From the NCBI RefSeq assembly GCF_009914755.1, contig NC_060926.1: DNA of 64,000 nt. The stretch is one strand, 5' to 3'. The DNA is from the human T2T-CHM13v2.0 reference genome, Homo sapiens. Shown here in pieces: positions 27,220 through 40,494 of this stretch. Within the stretch, counting starts at the first letter, position 1; each line of letters opens with the position of its first letter. The notes under the pieces were generated by a model. The model worked only from the letters and a program-made list of their open reading frames with translations. It was not told the DNA's origin and did not search any database. A program made the translations under genes and the position numbers.

Positions 27220-27830
27220 CTTAATTTAAGGCTACATTAATAAAGATACTACAATAATAATGGGAGGATAAACATAAATAAATGAAACTGAACACAGATT
27301 CAGGAATAGATTCACACATTCATGGTCAATTGATTTTTGACAAAGATGCAAAGGCAATTCAAAGGGGAAAAATAAGTCTTTTCAATGAATTGTGCTGGTA
27401 CATCTGATATTTGTGAGATAACAGAAATGAGCATTAATCGTTTTCTGACATTACACATACACCAAAATAAATTGAAGTTAACCATATACATAAATATAAA
27501 TGCTAAAAAAAAAAACAAAGCTAGAATAAATATAGGATAACATTCTTGCAACCTTGGGAGTAGACAAATATTTCTTAGAACACACACAAAAAAGCATCAT
27601 TAGGGAAAAAAACCCTGATATATTTGACTTCATAAAATTAAAACCTATTTCTCTTTGGAAGAATAATGCTTATAACTCAATAACAATAAGAGAAAGACAC
27701 CTATCAAAAATAGATAAAATATTTTAAGAGACACTTTGCCATGGAAAGTATACAACTGGCCCCAAACTACGTAAAGAGATGGTCAACATCACTGGTAATC
27801 AGGGAATTGCAAATGAATACCTCTATGAGA
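27220..27830 (+). mobile_element. Old L1M ORF2 3' fragment
   Basis: ATGGTCAATTGATTTTTGACAAAGATGCAAAGGCAATTC motif. Confidence 0.75.
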
Positions 27831-27869
27831 GGGGCTTTCACTTCTGATCAAGATTGAGTAACAGGTATC

Positions 27870-29383
27870 AAATTCATATGGAACCAAAAAAGAGTCCAAA
27901 TAGCCAAGACAATCCTAACCAAAAAGAAGAAAGCTGGAGGCATCACACTACCCAACTTAAAACCACGCTACAAGGCTATAGTGGCCAAAACAGCATGGTG
28001 CTGGTACAAAAAGAGACACATAGACCAATGGAACAGAATAGATAACTCACAAATAAGACCATCCACCTACAACCATCTGATTTTTGACAAACCTGACAAA
28101 AACAAGCAATGGGGAAAGAATTACCTATTTAATAAATGGTGCTGGGAGAGCTGGCTAGCCATATGCAGAAAATTCAAACTGGATCTCCTCTTTACACCTT
28201 ATACAAAAATTAACTCAAGGTGAATCAAAGACTGAAATGTATAGCCCAAAACTATGAAAACCCCAGAAAAAAAATCTAGGAAATATCATTCGGGTCATAG
28301 GCACAGGCAAAGATTTCATGATGAAAACACCAAAAGCAATTGCAACAAAAGCAAAAATTGACAAATGAGATCTGATTAAATAGAAGAGCTCCTGCACAGC
28401 AAAAGAAACTATCATTAGAGTGAAAAGATAACCTACAGAATGGAAGAAAATTTTTGCAATCCATCCATCGGACAAAGGTCTAACAGCCAGAGACTACAAG
28501 GAGCTTAAACAAATTTAAAAGAAAATAACAACCCCATTAAAAGGTAGGCAAAAGACATGAACAGATACTTCTCAAAATAAAACATTTATGTGGCCAACAA
28601 ATATATGAAAAAACCTCAACGTCACTGATCATTAGAGAAATGCAAATCAAAACCACAATGAGATACCATCTCATGCCATTCAGAATGGAGATTATTAAAA
28701 AGTCAAGAAACAACAGATTCTGGCAAGGTTGCAGAGAAAAAGGAACACTTTTGCACTGTTGATGGGAGTGTAAATTAGTTCAACCACTGTGGAAGAGAGT
28801 GTGGTGATTCCTCAAAGATCTAGAAGCAGAACTACCATTCATCCCAGCAATCCCATTGCTGAGTATATACCCAAAGGAATATCAGTCATTCTGTTGTAAA
28901 GATACATGCCCGTGTACGTTCATTGCAGCACTATTCACAATAGCAAAGACATGGAATCAGCTCAAATGCCCATCGATGATAGATTGGATTTTTTAAAAAT
29001 GTGGTATATATACACCACGGAGTATTATGCAGCCATAAAAAGGAATGAGATCATGTCCTTTGCAGAGACATTGATGGAGTTGGAAGCCTCAGCAAACTAA
29101 GGCAGGAACAGAAAATCAAACACCAAATGTTCTCACTTATAAGTGGGAGCTGAACTACGAGAATACATGGACACACCGGAGGGGAACAACACACAGTGGG
29201 GCCTGCTGGGGGGTTCTGGGGAGGGAGAGCATAAGGAAGACTAGCTAATGGATGCTGGGATTAATACCTACGTGATGGGTTGATCTGTGCAGCAAACCAT
29301 TATGGCACATGTTTATCTATTTAACACATTTGCCCATCCTACACATGTACCCTGGAACTTAAAATAAAAGTTGAATAAAAAAA
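27870..29383 (+). mobile_element. 5'-truncated L1PA (about L1PA12-15), ORF2 C-terminus + 3'UTR
   Basis: ORF 27981..28223 ([18 protein letters not shown]…[14 protein letters not shown]); 3'UTR ending GGAACTTAAAATAAAAGTTG and A tail. Confidence 0.93.
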
Positions 29384-30975
29384 TTTATTCTACTACTTGA
29401 AACAACAATAAAAAATACAGGTAAAATACATGAAACAATGCTTTATCAGAAAAATGAATACCAGGTAATGAAGGACTGTGATCCTTGAGAAAAGGGAGAC
29501 AAACAAGTTGAATCCTATGATTGTTACAGCTTACTGCCCTGAGAAAATTTCCAGATGATAATATAGGGAGGAGGAAGCTAGGCAAAGCTTGGCAAGGAGT
29601 TCTAGAGTTGCACAGAGAGAATCCAGAGAGACCAAGATGTATAGAGTTTGCAGGGCAGAGTACTGTAGAAGAGAGAACACCACAGAAAGATTACTTGAGA
29701 AATTTGCAAAGATTGTTTTTCTTGAGCATTCAGATAAGTACTGGTCAGTACATGTATGTGAGGAAACTAGGCCAGATTGGGGAAAGAATCATGAATAGAA
29801 ATAACAGCATCGGGTGTTCACAAAGGACTGGGAATAGTGCTTGTCTCCTTCATTAAAACTGGAAATCCTCATGACTTATGAGGTATTGTGTAGACTACAC
29901 AAAAAAGATTTGCCTCAATGGTGAGAATAGTGAGTCTTAGAGGGAGCACTGCTCCTTCCCTACCTAACACATCTTAAAAGTAAAATTTGAAAGGATTGAA
30001 CTGTTTCCAAGTAAGCTAATGGCACACTAAAACAAAGCTCAAAAACATTTCTAGGAATGCCCACATTCTCAGTACTCAACAAGGTAAAATGCACAATGCC
30101 TGGCATCCATTCAAGAGTTACCAGACATGCAAAGAGAAAGAGGCCAGAAAATGGGACTCATCAGAAGGAGAAAAGTCAAACAATTGAAACTACCCCATAA
30201 CTGATAGATATTAAAAGTAGTAGACAAAAACATTATGACAGTTATTGTAATTGATTTCATCTACTCAAAAGAGTAGTTATTAAATGGAAAACATAAAAAT
30301 GATCAAAATCTAACTTCTACAGATATAAACTGAAAAATGTGAGATAGAAAAGTCTAGGGGTTGGATTAACAACAAATTGCATATTGGAGAAGAAATGATT
30401 ATTCAACGTGAAGATGTAGCAATACAAACTACTTAAGATGAAATACAACAAAAAAAATAAAATTAGAAAATAAGAGTATTGATGAACAGTGATGCAAGTG
30501 ACCTAATTGATATGCAATTATAGCCCCCAAAGTATGCAGAGAGAGAAAAGATATTTAAATAGATAATGTTCAAGTTTGATGAAAAGTGTAAGGTCCACAG
30601 ACTCAAAAGCTCAACAAACCCCAAGCACAAGAAACAAACAAACAAAAAAATGTCACCAAGGTGTATCATAATTAAATTTCTCAAAATCACTGATACAGAG
30701 AAAATCATAAAAGCAGCCAGATAAAAATGCACATTAGGTACAGAAGATAAAATAAGACATCAGATTGCTCATAGGAAACAATGCAAATGAGAAAGCAATG
30801 GAACAACATCTTTAAAATACAACATAAGAACATTGCTAACACATAAGTCTAAAAATATCTTTCATATATTAAGAAAAAATAAAGACATTTTCAGATATAC
30901 AGAAACTAAAATAATTTCTCATCGGCAGAACCACACAATGACAATGTTAATGGAAGTCCTTCAGGCAGAAGGACA
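29384..30975 (+). mobile_element. Old L1M (L1MD-like) 5'UTR and ORF1; its first ~40 bp lie at 27830-27869
   Basis: ORF1-type motifs (ATAATTAAATTTCTCAAAA…AAAGCAGCCAGA, GGAAGTCCTTCAGGCAGAAGGA). Confidence 0.75.
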
Positions 30976-30994
30976 GAGTATCTTTGCATTTCAC

Positions 30995-31230
30995 GGAACA
31001 TGCGTAACACATTCCAGCCTCTAGGCCTTTGCACTTGCCTTTTCCCCTGCCTGGGGCTCTCCTATTGCAGAATTATGAATGGCTTACTCCATTCCTCCAT
31101 GGATGTATCCTCTGTTCCAACATCTTTTCCTTCGAAAGACTTCCCCAAATACCTGAATTAAGATAACACCCTCTACAAACCCTTGTTCTGTTTTTCTTTA
31201 TATCACTTACCACATCAACAAATTATATTG
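30995..31230 (+). mobile_element. L2 fragment
   Basis: GGCCTTTGCACTTGC…CCCTGCCTGG L2 motif. Confidence 0.7.
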
Positions 31231-31363
31231 TAGGTAACCTAGCACCCTCCCTGTTTTTTTTGACCCAGCTAGTGGTTACACTATGTGTTCACTTTGTGAA
31301 AATTTATGGAACTGTACAATTATCATTTTTGCATTTTTATGTGTGTATTTATTTATAGTTTTT

Positions 31364-31490
31364 CAGTGGCTCATACCTCTAATCCCAGCAGTTTGGGAAG
31401 CCAAGGCAGGAGGATCGCCTGAGGCCAGGAGTTCAAGAGCAGCTTGAGCAATATAGGGGAACCCCCATCTCTACAATAAATAAAAATAAA
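31364..31490 (+). mobile_element. Free left Alu monomer (FLAM/AluJ fragment)
   Basis: Single monomer with A-rich tail. Confidence 0.88.
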
Positions 31491-31592
31491 GGCTTTCATA
31501 TACAATAATGGTAGACCAAGAAATTTGGACTAGATCTTCTGCTGAGAACATCTAGAAAAGCTGACAACCAAACAAAATTTAAAAAACAACTG

Positions 31593-31738
31593 GGCTGAGT
31601 GCAGTGGCTTACACCTGTAATCCCAGCAGTTTGGGAGGCCAAGGTGAGAGGATCGCTTGAGCCCCAGAGTTTGAGAATAGCCTGGGCCACATTTGGAGAC
31701 CCCATCTCTACAAAAAAAATAAGATAAAATAAGAATAA
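31593..31738 (+). mobile_element. Free left Alu monomer (FLAM_C-like)
   Basis: GGCTGAGTGCAGTGGCTTACACCTGTAATCCC…GGATCGCTTGAGCCC, with A tail. Confidence 0.9.
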
Positions 31739-31934
31739 GTTAATTAAAAACACTCGCTTGAAGATCTCAGTGAGCTGGCAACAATGAAGAATTCCTAAGG
31801 AAGCACAAAAATTTTGGTAGGGGAGCTGTTTTCCTCTCTGTTCCATTCTATTCTGTAAGTGGTTGCTGAGATGTTGAATGGCTATGTTAATAAACATAGC
31901 CATTTTAATAAAAGCATTTAAAAAATAAAATCCT

Positions 31935-32660
31935 AGTGTGACACCACAACACAGTCATTAGAATGGCTAAAATTACAAGTACTGTCATGACTAAGGATTG
32001 AGGAAGATGTTGAGCAACTGAAACTCTCATTCACTGCTGATAGGAATGAAAAATTATACAGAAATTTTATAACATGATTTGGCAGTTTTATCTAAAAGTT
32101 TAACCTCTCCTAGCCATTCTATACCTAGGCATCTCGCCCAATAAATTAAAACATATATTCACACAAAGACATGTATACAAATGTTCTTTGCAGCTTTGTT
32201 CATGATAGCTAAGAACTGGAAACAACTCATCAAATGACGAATATCTATTAAGAGTTGAATCAAAAAATAATAAATGTAATTGTATATTATTAAATTCTAC
32301 TCAACAATAAAAAGGTATGAACTACTGCTGATACCACAAAATGTGAATAAATTTCAAAATTAATATGCTAAGTGAAAGAGGCCAGACACAGGCGAGTAGG
32401 TACTGTATGATTCCATCTATATAAAATTGTAACAACTAGAAATAATCTATAGTGACAAAAGGAAAATTGGTGGTTTCCTGTCTGGGAGCAGAAGGAGGGA
32501 TGAACGATAGAGGGGTATGAGGAAACTTTGAGAATAATATAAAAGATTATGTATCCTGATCACTCCATGAGTAGACATCTTTCAGAAGTCATTAACTTGT
32601 GTCCTTTAAATGAATGAGGTATATCGACATAAATCGTACTTCATGGACATTGATTCAAAA
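31935..32660 (+). mobile_element. L1MD/ME-type 3' end
   Basis: TTAGAATGGCTAAAAT…GAGCAACTGAAACTCTCATTCACTGCTG…TACTGTATGATTCCATCTATAT. Confidence 0.8.
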
Positions 32661-33537
32661 TGTAGTTTTGCTTGGTTCTCTCTTGCAGACACTTCTTATC
32701 TTCTGCACTTTTACTTTTCTTCCCATGCCTTTACCTAGTCTTGGCTCTAGAAAAGCACAATAAATAATGTATAGAACTTTCTCATATTTGGCACCAAATT
32801 ATATACTAGCACAGGTTAGAAGTCTGAATCTGCCTTAGTCAAGTCATTTTCTCTCAAAAACTCTACTATTCTAAGAAATTTTTTCTGTAGCTTCCAATAT
32901 GTGACACTGCCTGAGTTTGGCTCTCCTGCTTTACTGGGCAAATGAAGTAGCAATATGCTCGTAATGGATATGCATTACCTACATGCAATTACCATTCTGA
33001 ACCATGTGGATCAGACTGAATACCATCACCTGAAGCCTTCTGCCATGTATGTAAAATCCATAAAAATGGTAATTTGAGAAAAGGTAGGATTTACTAAGTT
33101 ATGGGAACAGAGACCTGCTCTCAAGGCATTATTATGTGTAATGAGAGTTTGTTCTCCCAAAGCAAGGCTTTTAACTAGCAGTTTCATTTGCCAAATGTGG
33201 CCTCCCACTGGAATACTCAGTTAATGCTCTGGTTCAGTACAATTGTACAGCTTTCAGGGAGATGAAAGTTGTTGCACAGAAGCAGACCCTTTTCTCTCTA
33301 GATCATGGAGGTTTATTTGAGCAGCCTAGTAAATTTGGCGATTTCTCTTGTAATCTGATGGTAGTTTCCTCATTACTGAGAGCATCCTTCATTTGTTCAG
33401 AAAAAAAGAGGTACTTTTTATTAAACTTTAGCCTCACTACAGTCTTGTGTATTAAATGAAACAAGTATTATTTTTGTGGATAAAATATAAACCAAAGTCA
33501 CAGAGAGATTGAGTGAAGGACAATGAATGCAAACTAC

Positions 33538-33722
33538 GGAGCAGTCAGACCTGGATTTGGATACCAGCTCTGCCAGTTTTCTTTGAGCAAGTCACAATCT
33601 ATAAGAGCTTCGTGCATTTTCCTTAGTAAAATAAGGATATACATATTTACCTGACAGATAGCATGTAGTAAGGATAAACATATGCATAAAATGCTTGATA
33701 TAGTTTTTACATTATCCAAGAC
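33538..33722 (+). mobile_element. MIR
   Basis: AGTCAGACCTGGATTTGGATACCAGCTCTGCCA…TTGAGCAAGTCAC. Confidence 0.75.
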
Positions 33723-34479
33723 ATAAGCTATATTATCCAAGATACAACCACTACACAAAAGATATATCTTAGATAAATTATATCATGAAGAACTAATTTA
33801 AAATTAAGAGCTGCTAACCATGTTAATTAAAAAGGTGTATTAAGTACCCACAAGGAACAATATTTCACACTGAAATGATCAGGAAATAACTGGCTTTTCT
33901 AATTAAAAAAAAAAAAGCTTACTACCCGCCTCACTGCCCGCACACCCCCACTCACCACCACCCCCAGTGCTCCCAAATGCTGTGTATGGAGAGAGCCAAA
34001 CAACTGCCAAGTAAAATGACAAAGTATTACATTTTTAAAATAAATGTAGATGTAGCACAACCTGAAAAACTCAAATATCTTAGACTCACTTAAAGCAATT
34101 GTGAATTGACAGAAGCTAATGACTGCAATAATCCTTAAAATTAATGAGTGTTACATAGAGTTCATTTTCTGATTCAGCATGAACTCTACAGAACCTCATT
34201 TTATAAAATAATAGAGGTAATCCCTGGCTTATTTACATAATCTGACATTTTGTAAGTGATGAAAGTGATGGCTGGGATACCACTTTGATAGCAGATTAAT
34301 TTCTTTTGAACTTAATTTACTAAGGACAACCTAAAGTTGGGTTGTTTTATACTAGTGTAACAATTTTTCATTTGTAGAAATATAACAATATATTTTCCAA
34401 ATGTACTTTCAGAGTGTCCTCTGCAGAGGCAGACCAATTATTCCACTGGATTTAAAGGGATGCTACAGTCAAGACTTGT

Positions 34480-34715
34480 AATATAACATAGCATGTTCAA
34501 AAGAATTCACAGACTGTGAACTTAGGTAGATGCTGGATTAATTCTCAGCCTTGAAGTGTATGCTATGTACAATCATGAATAAAACCCTTAACTTTATTCA
34601 GTCTGTTTATCTATTCACTAGGAATATCAATAGTTATCTCACAGGGCTGTTGTAGAACTAAGGTAAGATTTTTAAATTGCCTTTTATATAGTAGACACTC
34701 AACAAATAATAGTTC
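34480..34715 (+). mobile_element. MIR
   Basis: ATCTCACAGGGCTGTTGT…ATAGTAGACACTCAACAAAT. Confidence 0.65.
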
Positions 34716-35294
34716 TTTTAGCACATGGAGGAATAATAGGCTATTTACCATCCAACGCCTGTTTTTCCAATATTATTGTTCTCACATCACATTTATATTT
34801 GTGTATCCACTAATTTATTATTAATATTGATTACTATTAACAAGATAAATGAGTCCCCTAAGGCTCTAAAAAATTACCAAAGGATGGAGAGTTAACTACT
34901 GGTCTTCATGTTTCTAAGGACACAAAATTCACAATGTACTTGGCAGTAATTTATTGCCCAATGAGGTAATCCAGACTTATAACCTTCAATGCCCTCTTCA
35001 TGTGATGGGCTGTGCCTTGCAGAGTCAGCAAAACAACTTGGCAAACTACTAAGGCTACGTTATTCCATCAAGGCTCAAGTTGATCTAAATGTTACAGGGA
35101 AATAAAAGTCTTGAGGCTTTATTAGAAAAGTGAACCAATTATACTTTCTTTCTCTGCAAGATATCCAACAGATATCTTGGAGGAACTATGCTAGATGTGG
35201 ATCATAATCTCCAAAGCATATTTGTCTTTAGAAATCTAAAGGCACAGAAAAGGAAATAAAATCCTTTCTCTTTCTCTTTCTTCCTTCCTTCTTT

Positions 35295-36290
35295 TGATTA
35301 ATATTTTTTGAGAATATATAGACCCAGCACGATTCTAGACACTAAGGAAATAGTAATAAACAAAATAGATGGGAATGAATATGTCAGTAAGGGAATCAGA
35401 CAGTAAAAATAAGTAAGTATTAAGTGGTCCGCATGGTGCTAAGTGCCATGGAGAAACACAAAACAGGGTCTGGAAGATAGGAAAACCTGGGATGAGGTTG
35501 TTTTATTGGCATTTTACAAAAGGCAGTCAGGAAGATTTCACTGTGAGGACAGTATTTGAGTAGAGAAAGTGAGAGTAAAAATGTGAGGAAGAGCAGTCTA
35601 TACTCGACTGATAAACAGATAAAGAGAGGACAGTATTTGAGTAGAGAAAGTGAGAGTGAAAATGTGAGGAAGAGCAGTCTATACTCAACTGATGAACAGA
35701 TAAAGAGCATATTCTTTTGGAGGTCCGTCAAGTAAGTGAGACTATCTGGAATGAGTCAGGAAAGAAATGGTTGGTAAAAATCTAGAGTTAATGAGGACCG
35801 GATCATTAAGAGTCTCCTAAGCCATTATAATGACAACAGCTTTCATTCTAAATGAGATGGGATGCTACAAAGCTTTTGAGCAGTGGTCTGATGTACTCTA
35901 ATTCATGTTTTTAAAACACCACTCAAATTTCTCCTTTGAGAATAAACTATACAGGGAGGCTAAGCAGAAACAAAACCACTTAAGGGAAAATTGCTATAAA
36001 CCACATGAGATTTAGCAAAGACTTGTACTTTTATAGGAGCGAAAGAGTTGGTGCATTTTGAAGATAATTGAAAGAATAAACTTTGATTTGATTTTGGATT
36101 TTAAGATAATGAGAAAAGTAAGTTTTGCTCTTAGAAACTAGTAGGATGGAATTGACACTTCCAAAGATTGAGGGGAAAACAGGTACATATTGGAGCAGAA
36201 AAAAATGTTCGATTTGGACATTTCAAATTTAAGATATGTGTTATACATCCAAGTGAAGAGTGAGCAGAACAGTGCATTGAATTTATCCTG
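35295..36290 (-). mobile_element. L2
   Basis: Multiple L2 antisense motifs, e.g. TTTGGACATTTCAAATTTAAGAT…ACATCCAAGTGAAGA. Confidence 0.7.
35545..35706. repeat. 81-bp tandem duplication (2 copies, 3 mismatches)
   Basis: GAGGACAGTATTTGAGTAGAG… starts at 35545 and 35626. Confidence 0.95.
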
Positions 36291-36559
36291 AAATGATTGT
36301 ATGTCCTTTTAAAAAGTAAATATTGCAATAGTTTTTAAAAACAGCATGGTTAATGTTAGTTTTGAATTTTCAGTAAAATATGATATATCTTAAAAGGACT
36401 GTAATCCCCAAAGCATTCCTCACTAGGAACTCTACCAACCTAATACATAAATTTTTAGAACCAATATATTAAATGTTTAAAGTTACTTCAGGGCTTAACT
36501 CCAGGCCCCTTTTAACTTGACCATGTAATTTCCCTTCTTTTATAAGACAAGAAAGAAAA

Positions 36560-36760
36560 ACAATATTGAGCTCCTAATGTGTGGCTGTGAGTCTAAAAAC
36601 CTGACTATCCTTAATTCTCACATAAACCCTGTGAGTAGGCATTATTTCTGCTTGAAAAAATAAGAAAATAGCCTTCAACTAATTAAGGGGCTTAACCAAA
36701 GATGCCCAACTAACAAAAAGAGCTAGAATTGAAATCCAAACTATGCTGTATTTTTTCACT
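36560..36760 (-). mobile_element. MIR
   Basis: TTAATTCTCACATAAACCCTGTGAGTAGGCATTATT. Confidence 0.65.
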
Positions 36761-37744
36761 AAAAAATTTGCTTGCCCACAGAGTGATGAAATCAGACATG
36801 CAGAGTGAGAAATCAACCAACCACTTGTACTAAATTGAGAGAGTGATGGGATTGAACCAGGGTTGAAATGTGACTATTATTTTCCTTATTCTCTTTAGAT
36901 CAGGCTTGATCAAAAAGCAGGCCTAGTGTATTATATAGAATCCTATGTTAATATGGAACCAATTTCAGACATGTTTCAACCTACTATTTACACGCAATTT
37001 AATTTGTATATTTAAGATTTGCTCCATAGAGAATCTGTTTCAGTTCTTTCCTTTCCCACAGGACTCTTAATTGCTCTATCACCTCCCTGTGGTGCTTCTC
37101 CAGCCACGACTCAACGACTTTAAATGACTGTATTTATTTTAAGAGAAACTTTAGTGCCTATACAAACAGCATGTTCTCCTGCAGCACATCTGTTCTCTCT
37201 CTGAGTTTTATATCATCACTTTGCCAGAGGTTTTACTTGATAGTTCAAGGGAGCTTGGTGTGCTCTGATTCAACTGGATTCTTATTGGCAGTGAGTATAA
37301 TTAACTTAACATTTAGTACATACTGTGTATTTGGGACTGTGTGATCTTTGCCCGATTCCTTAACTGTGATCCTTAAGGGCTTCATGTGTGAAAAGGAAAC
37401 AGTCATCCTTGCAAAGATGGGTTATAGCTGTCCTCTTTACTTATATTCTATTTTAGTTACACTTCAGATTAGTGAGACACTAATGGTTTTGTCTAGTATT
37501 TACATTTGTACCCAAAGCCATGTACTTGATTTCTTTCTTATATTTCCAATATTCAGGACTCTTAATGACTTAGAGTATTAAAAATGGAGAAAATGGTATA
37601 TAATGTTTGCTGGGCTTTGTGCTTGCGTGAGATTTTGAAATGAATCTATCTTGCCTTAAAACGTGATTTTTCTAGTGAAGTATATTTTGACAGGTTCTTG
37701 CCATTAAATTGCTATATTAAATTTAACGGCTGTGTCTTCACCTT

Positions 37745-38060
37745 CATATATATCATTTAACGTAAGAAAGAGCTGGGATCATGATTAATTCTAAAACATG
37801 GGTGTATTGGGTGAGTTTTGGTGTGCTGTGGTGTCAAACAAATTCCTAACATCTGATATAGGTTAGCCAGTCTTCCTCTATCTTTTAGCTTTGCCATCTG
37901 AAGCATATAGCCTCCAAGGTTATGGCAGCAGGGAAGAAATGGAAATGTACACCTGTCAAGAAAATCATTAATTGTGCTCACACAGTTCATTGGCCAGGAG
38001 TAATAATTTGGCTCCAATCTAATTGCAAGAAAATTCAGTGAGTACCAAATCACTGGTAAA
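37745..38060 (-). mobile_element. Old MaLR LTR (MLT1J/K-like)
   Basis: TTGCCATCTGAAGCATATAGCCTCCAAGG…TTCATTGGCCAGGAGTA…CTAATTGCAAG. Confidence 0.55.
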
Positions 38061-39506
38061 GAGGAAGTATCTATTTCTCCTTAAGAATTGAACATCAAAT
38101 TCCTCTATATGCCATCTGGATTCTACTGCTTCAAGGAGAACAAATCCCAGCTTAGTAGTTCTGTATCTTACGGAATTTTACAGCAAACAACAATAAAATC
38201 CTAACAATGAAATTTATAGCTGGAACACAGAATGCTGGCAGAAGTTAACCTACTTTAAATTAACAAGAGCACACAAATATAAATGAATGCATGTTTAATG
38301 ACAAGAAGTATTTTATCCTGCTTCATAGTAAGTATGCAAAAATGCATTAATGGTTTTTATAATTGTACATCATGGAATTTGTTTTCTTTTAGTAAATACT
38401 AGCATTCAATAATTCATTAATCTCTATTAACTCTCAGCTAGAACTGAGTAATGGTACACCTAGGGATGAGAGTTTTAGTTACTCAGGATATACCTTGCCT
38501 GCAAGCCCTGTATAGGCACTTATCCTTTTTTAAAGTAAAAGAATTCTTAAATCACAAGAACAGATTTATTAAATTTCAATCAAAGTCTGGGGCTTCAACT
38601 TTGAAAAAGATGTTTTAGACACCAATCTGGGCTTTCTTTTGCTGCTTATGTTTTTTTTTTTTTTTGAAATGTAGACAATTCTCAAATTGATTGATTGATT
38701 GTCTCTAAAAGGTTGGAATCCTCTAAAATAAAACCAATTTGACAAAAGCTGTCATAAAATAACTGAGCAACATTGGAAGAGTAAGAAAGAAAAGAATAAG
38801 AAAATTAAGAAGTGTTTGGTCTTTTTGATGAAAGCCAACTAATTTGGATTTTTAATATAAAATTAATTCACTATAGAAATGCTTTTATTGTTGGCATTAT
38901 ACTCCCCTAGAAGTTACAGTGAAAGTGACAGATGAAGCAATTTCTGGATAATTCCAGAAAGCAAACAAACACAAAAAAGTCTGTATCCATATGTGGGCTT
39001 ATGCTTCACTGAAATTTTTATATTTCATCCAAGTCTTTGCTCACACATGGACACAGGGAGTTAAGACAAATAACTAAACTTTTCAGGTTTTTAGTAAATG
39101 TTCATTAAATTTTATAACACGGTTACTAACCAACTGTGCTTACAGAAAATAGCCGTGTTGAATACAGGTCTATGTAAATATACTGTAGGGAATATGAATA
39201 ATAACCAAGTGTGGTGAATCTGTGAAGGCCCAAAAGATTATGTGCGGTTTGTGTGTTTTTTACTAACTATATATTTTTTTCATATCACTTTATGTTGTGA
39301 CTACATTTAATTCTGGTGATAATAGTAGTACATGCTTATTGCAAAATACTTGGAAAATAAAGAAAAACAGGAAAAAATAAAACCTATAAGTAAATATTTC
39401 AAGAAAAAAACAAATGTTTTGGTTTGTTTATTTCTGTTATTATTCCTAGGAGCATATCAATTATGTGAAAATTTGGGTCATACTGTATTTGTCTGATATA
39501 TAATGC

Positions 39507-39632
39507 ATATTCTCCTCTACTTACAGTGTAATTATGACCTGATAAACAAATTGTAAGTCAAAAATTCATTAATACCCCAACAACAAACCCATTGTAAAGT
39601 CAAAAAATTGTAAGTTGAATCGTCAGGGACTG
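39507..39632. mobile_element. MER47/Tigger5-like DNA transposon fragment
   Basis: CTCCTCTACTTACA…GATAAAC…GTAAGTCAAAAA…CCCATTGTAAAGTCAAAAAATTGTAAGTTGAA…GGGACTGT. Confidence 0.65.
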
Positions 39633-40494
39633 TTTTCCAAGCCTGGTTGTTAATGGCTAGATGATACACACAAGCATGTGTACATACATGCCATGATGCT
39701 TAACAGCCCCTATTTTGGATATTTGAGCTACCTGTAAAACCTTTACTATTATAGTGAACACTGTACTGAACATCCAAGTTATAAATCTCTGTCAATCTAA
39801 CCCATTTGTTTCTTGATCTGAAATGTTGTTCTAAGGTTGCATGTTGGGCTCTTGATAAATTTTGCCAAGTTACAATGGCATTCCGTGAAACAATCAAAAT
39901 AATATTTTAGTTATTTAAATTAATAAAATATACACATTACTCATAGAATTGTTTATATGCATTGAGAAAATGAGTGGTTAATTTGTAAAGAAACTTTGTG
40001 AAAAAGAAGGATCTAAGAGGAGAAATCTAAGATTATTACTGAATGGAAAATGTAAGATTTGTACATCAGGTGGTATTGACGATATAGAATAGGTTAAGTG
40101 AAGCAGAAAGTGTGCCAACAGAACAAAGTGAGCAAAAGCTCATAGGACGGTTTTACAAGATAATGTATTCCCTTCTGGAACAGAATAGTGAGTAACTCAT
40201 AATAAAGTGAGAAAAAACAATTCTGATTTATAGGATGTGGGAAGCAATTAGTATTTGAAAGAAGGAAATAACAGGATTGCTTCAAAAATAGAAGAGGATA
40301 TTGCTGAAGTCTTTAGGGTTTCTAATATGATTGAAGAATGGAGTTCTAGAAGCATTTTTTAGAAATCTGATTTATTTTGTTAGGATTAGTTAAGCAATAC
40401 TGGTTGAGGAAAGAGCACAATATTGGGAAACAAAATATTACCGACAGAACTATAAATGTTTTCAGTTATTCTTTCCAATTTCTTATATGTCTTG

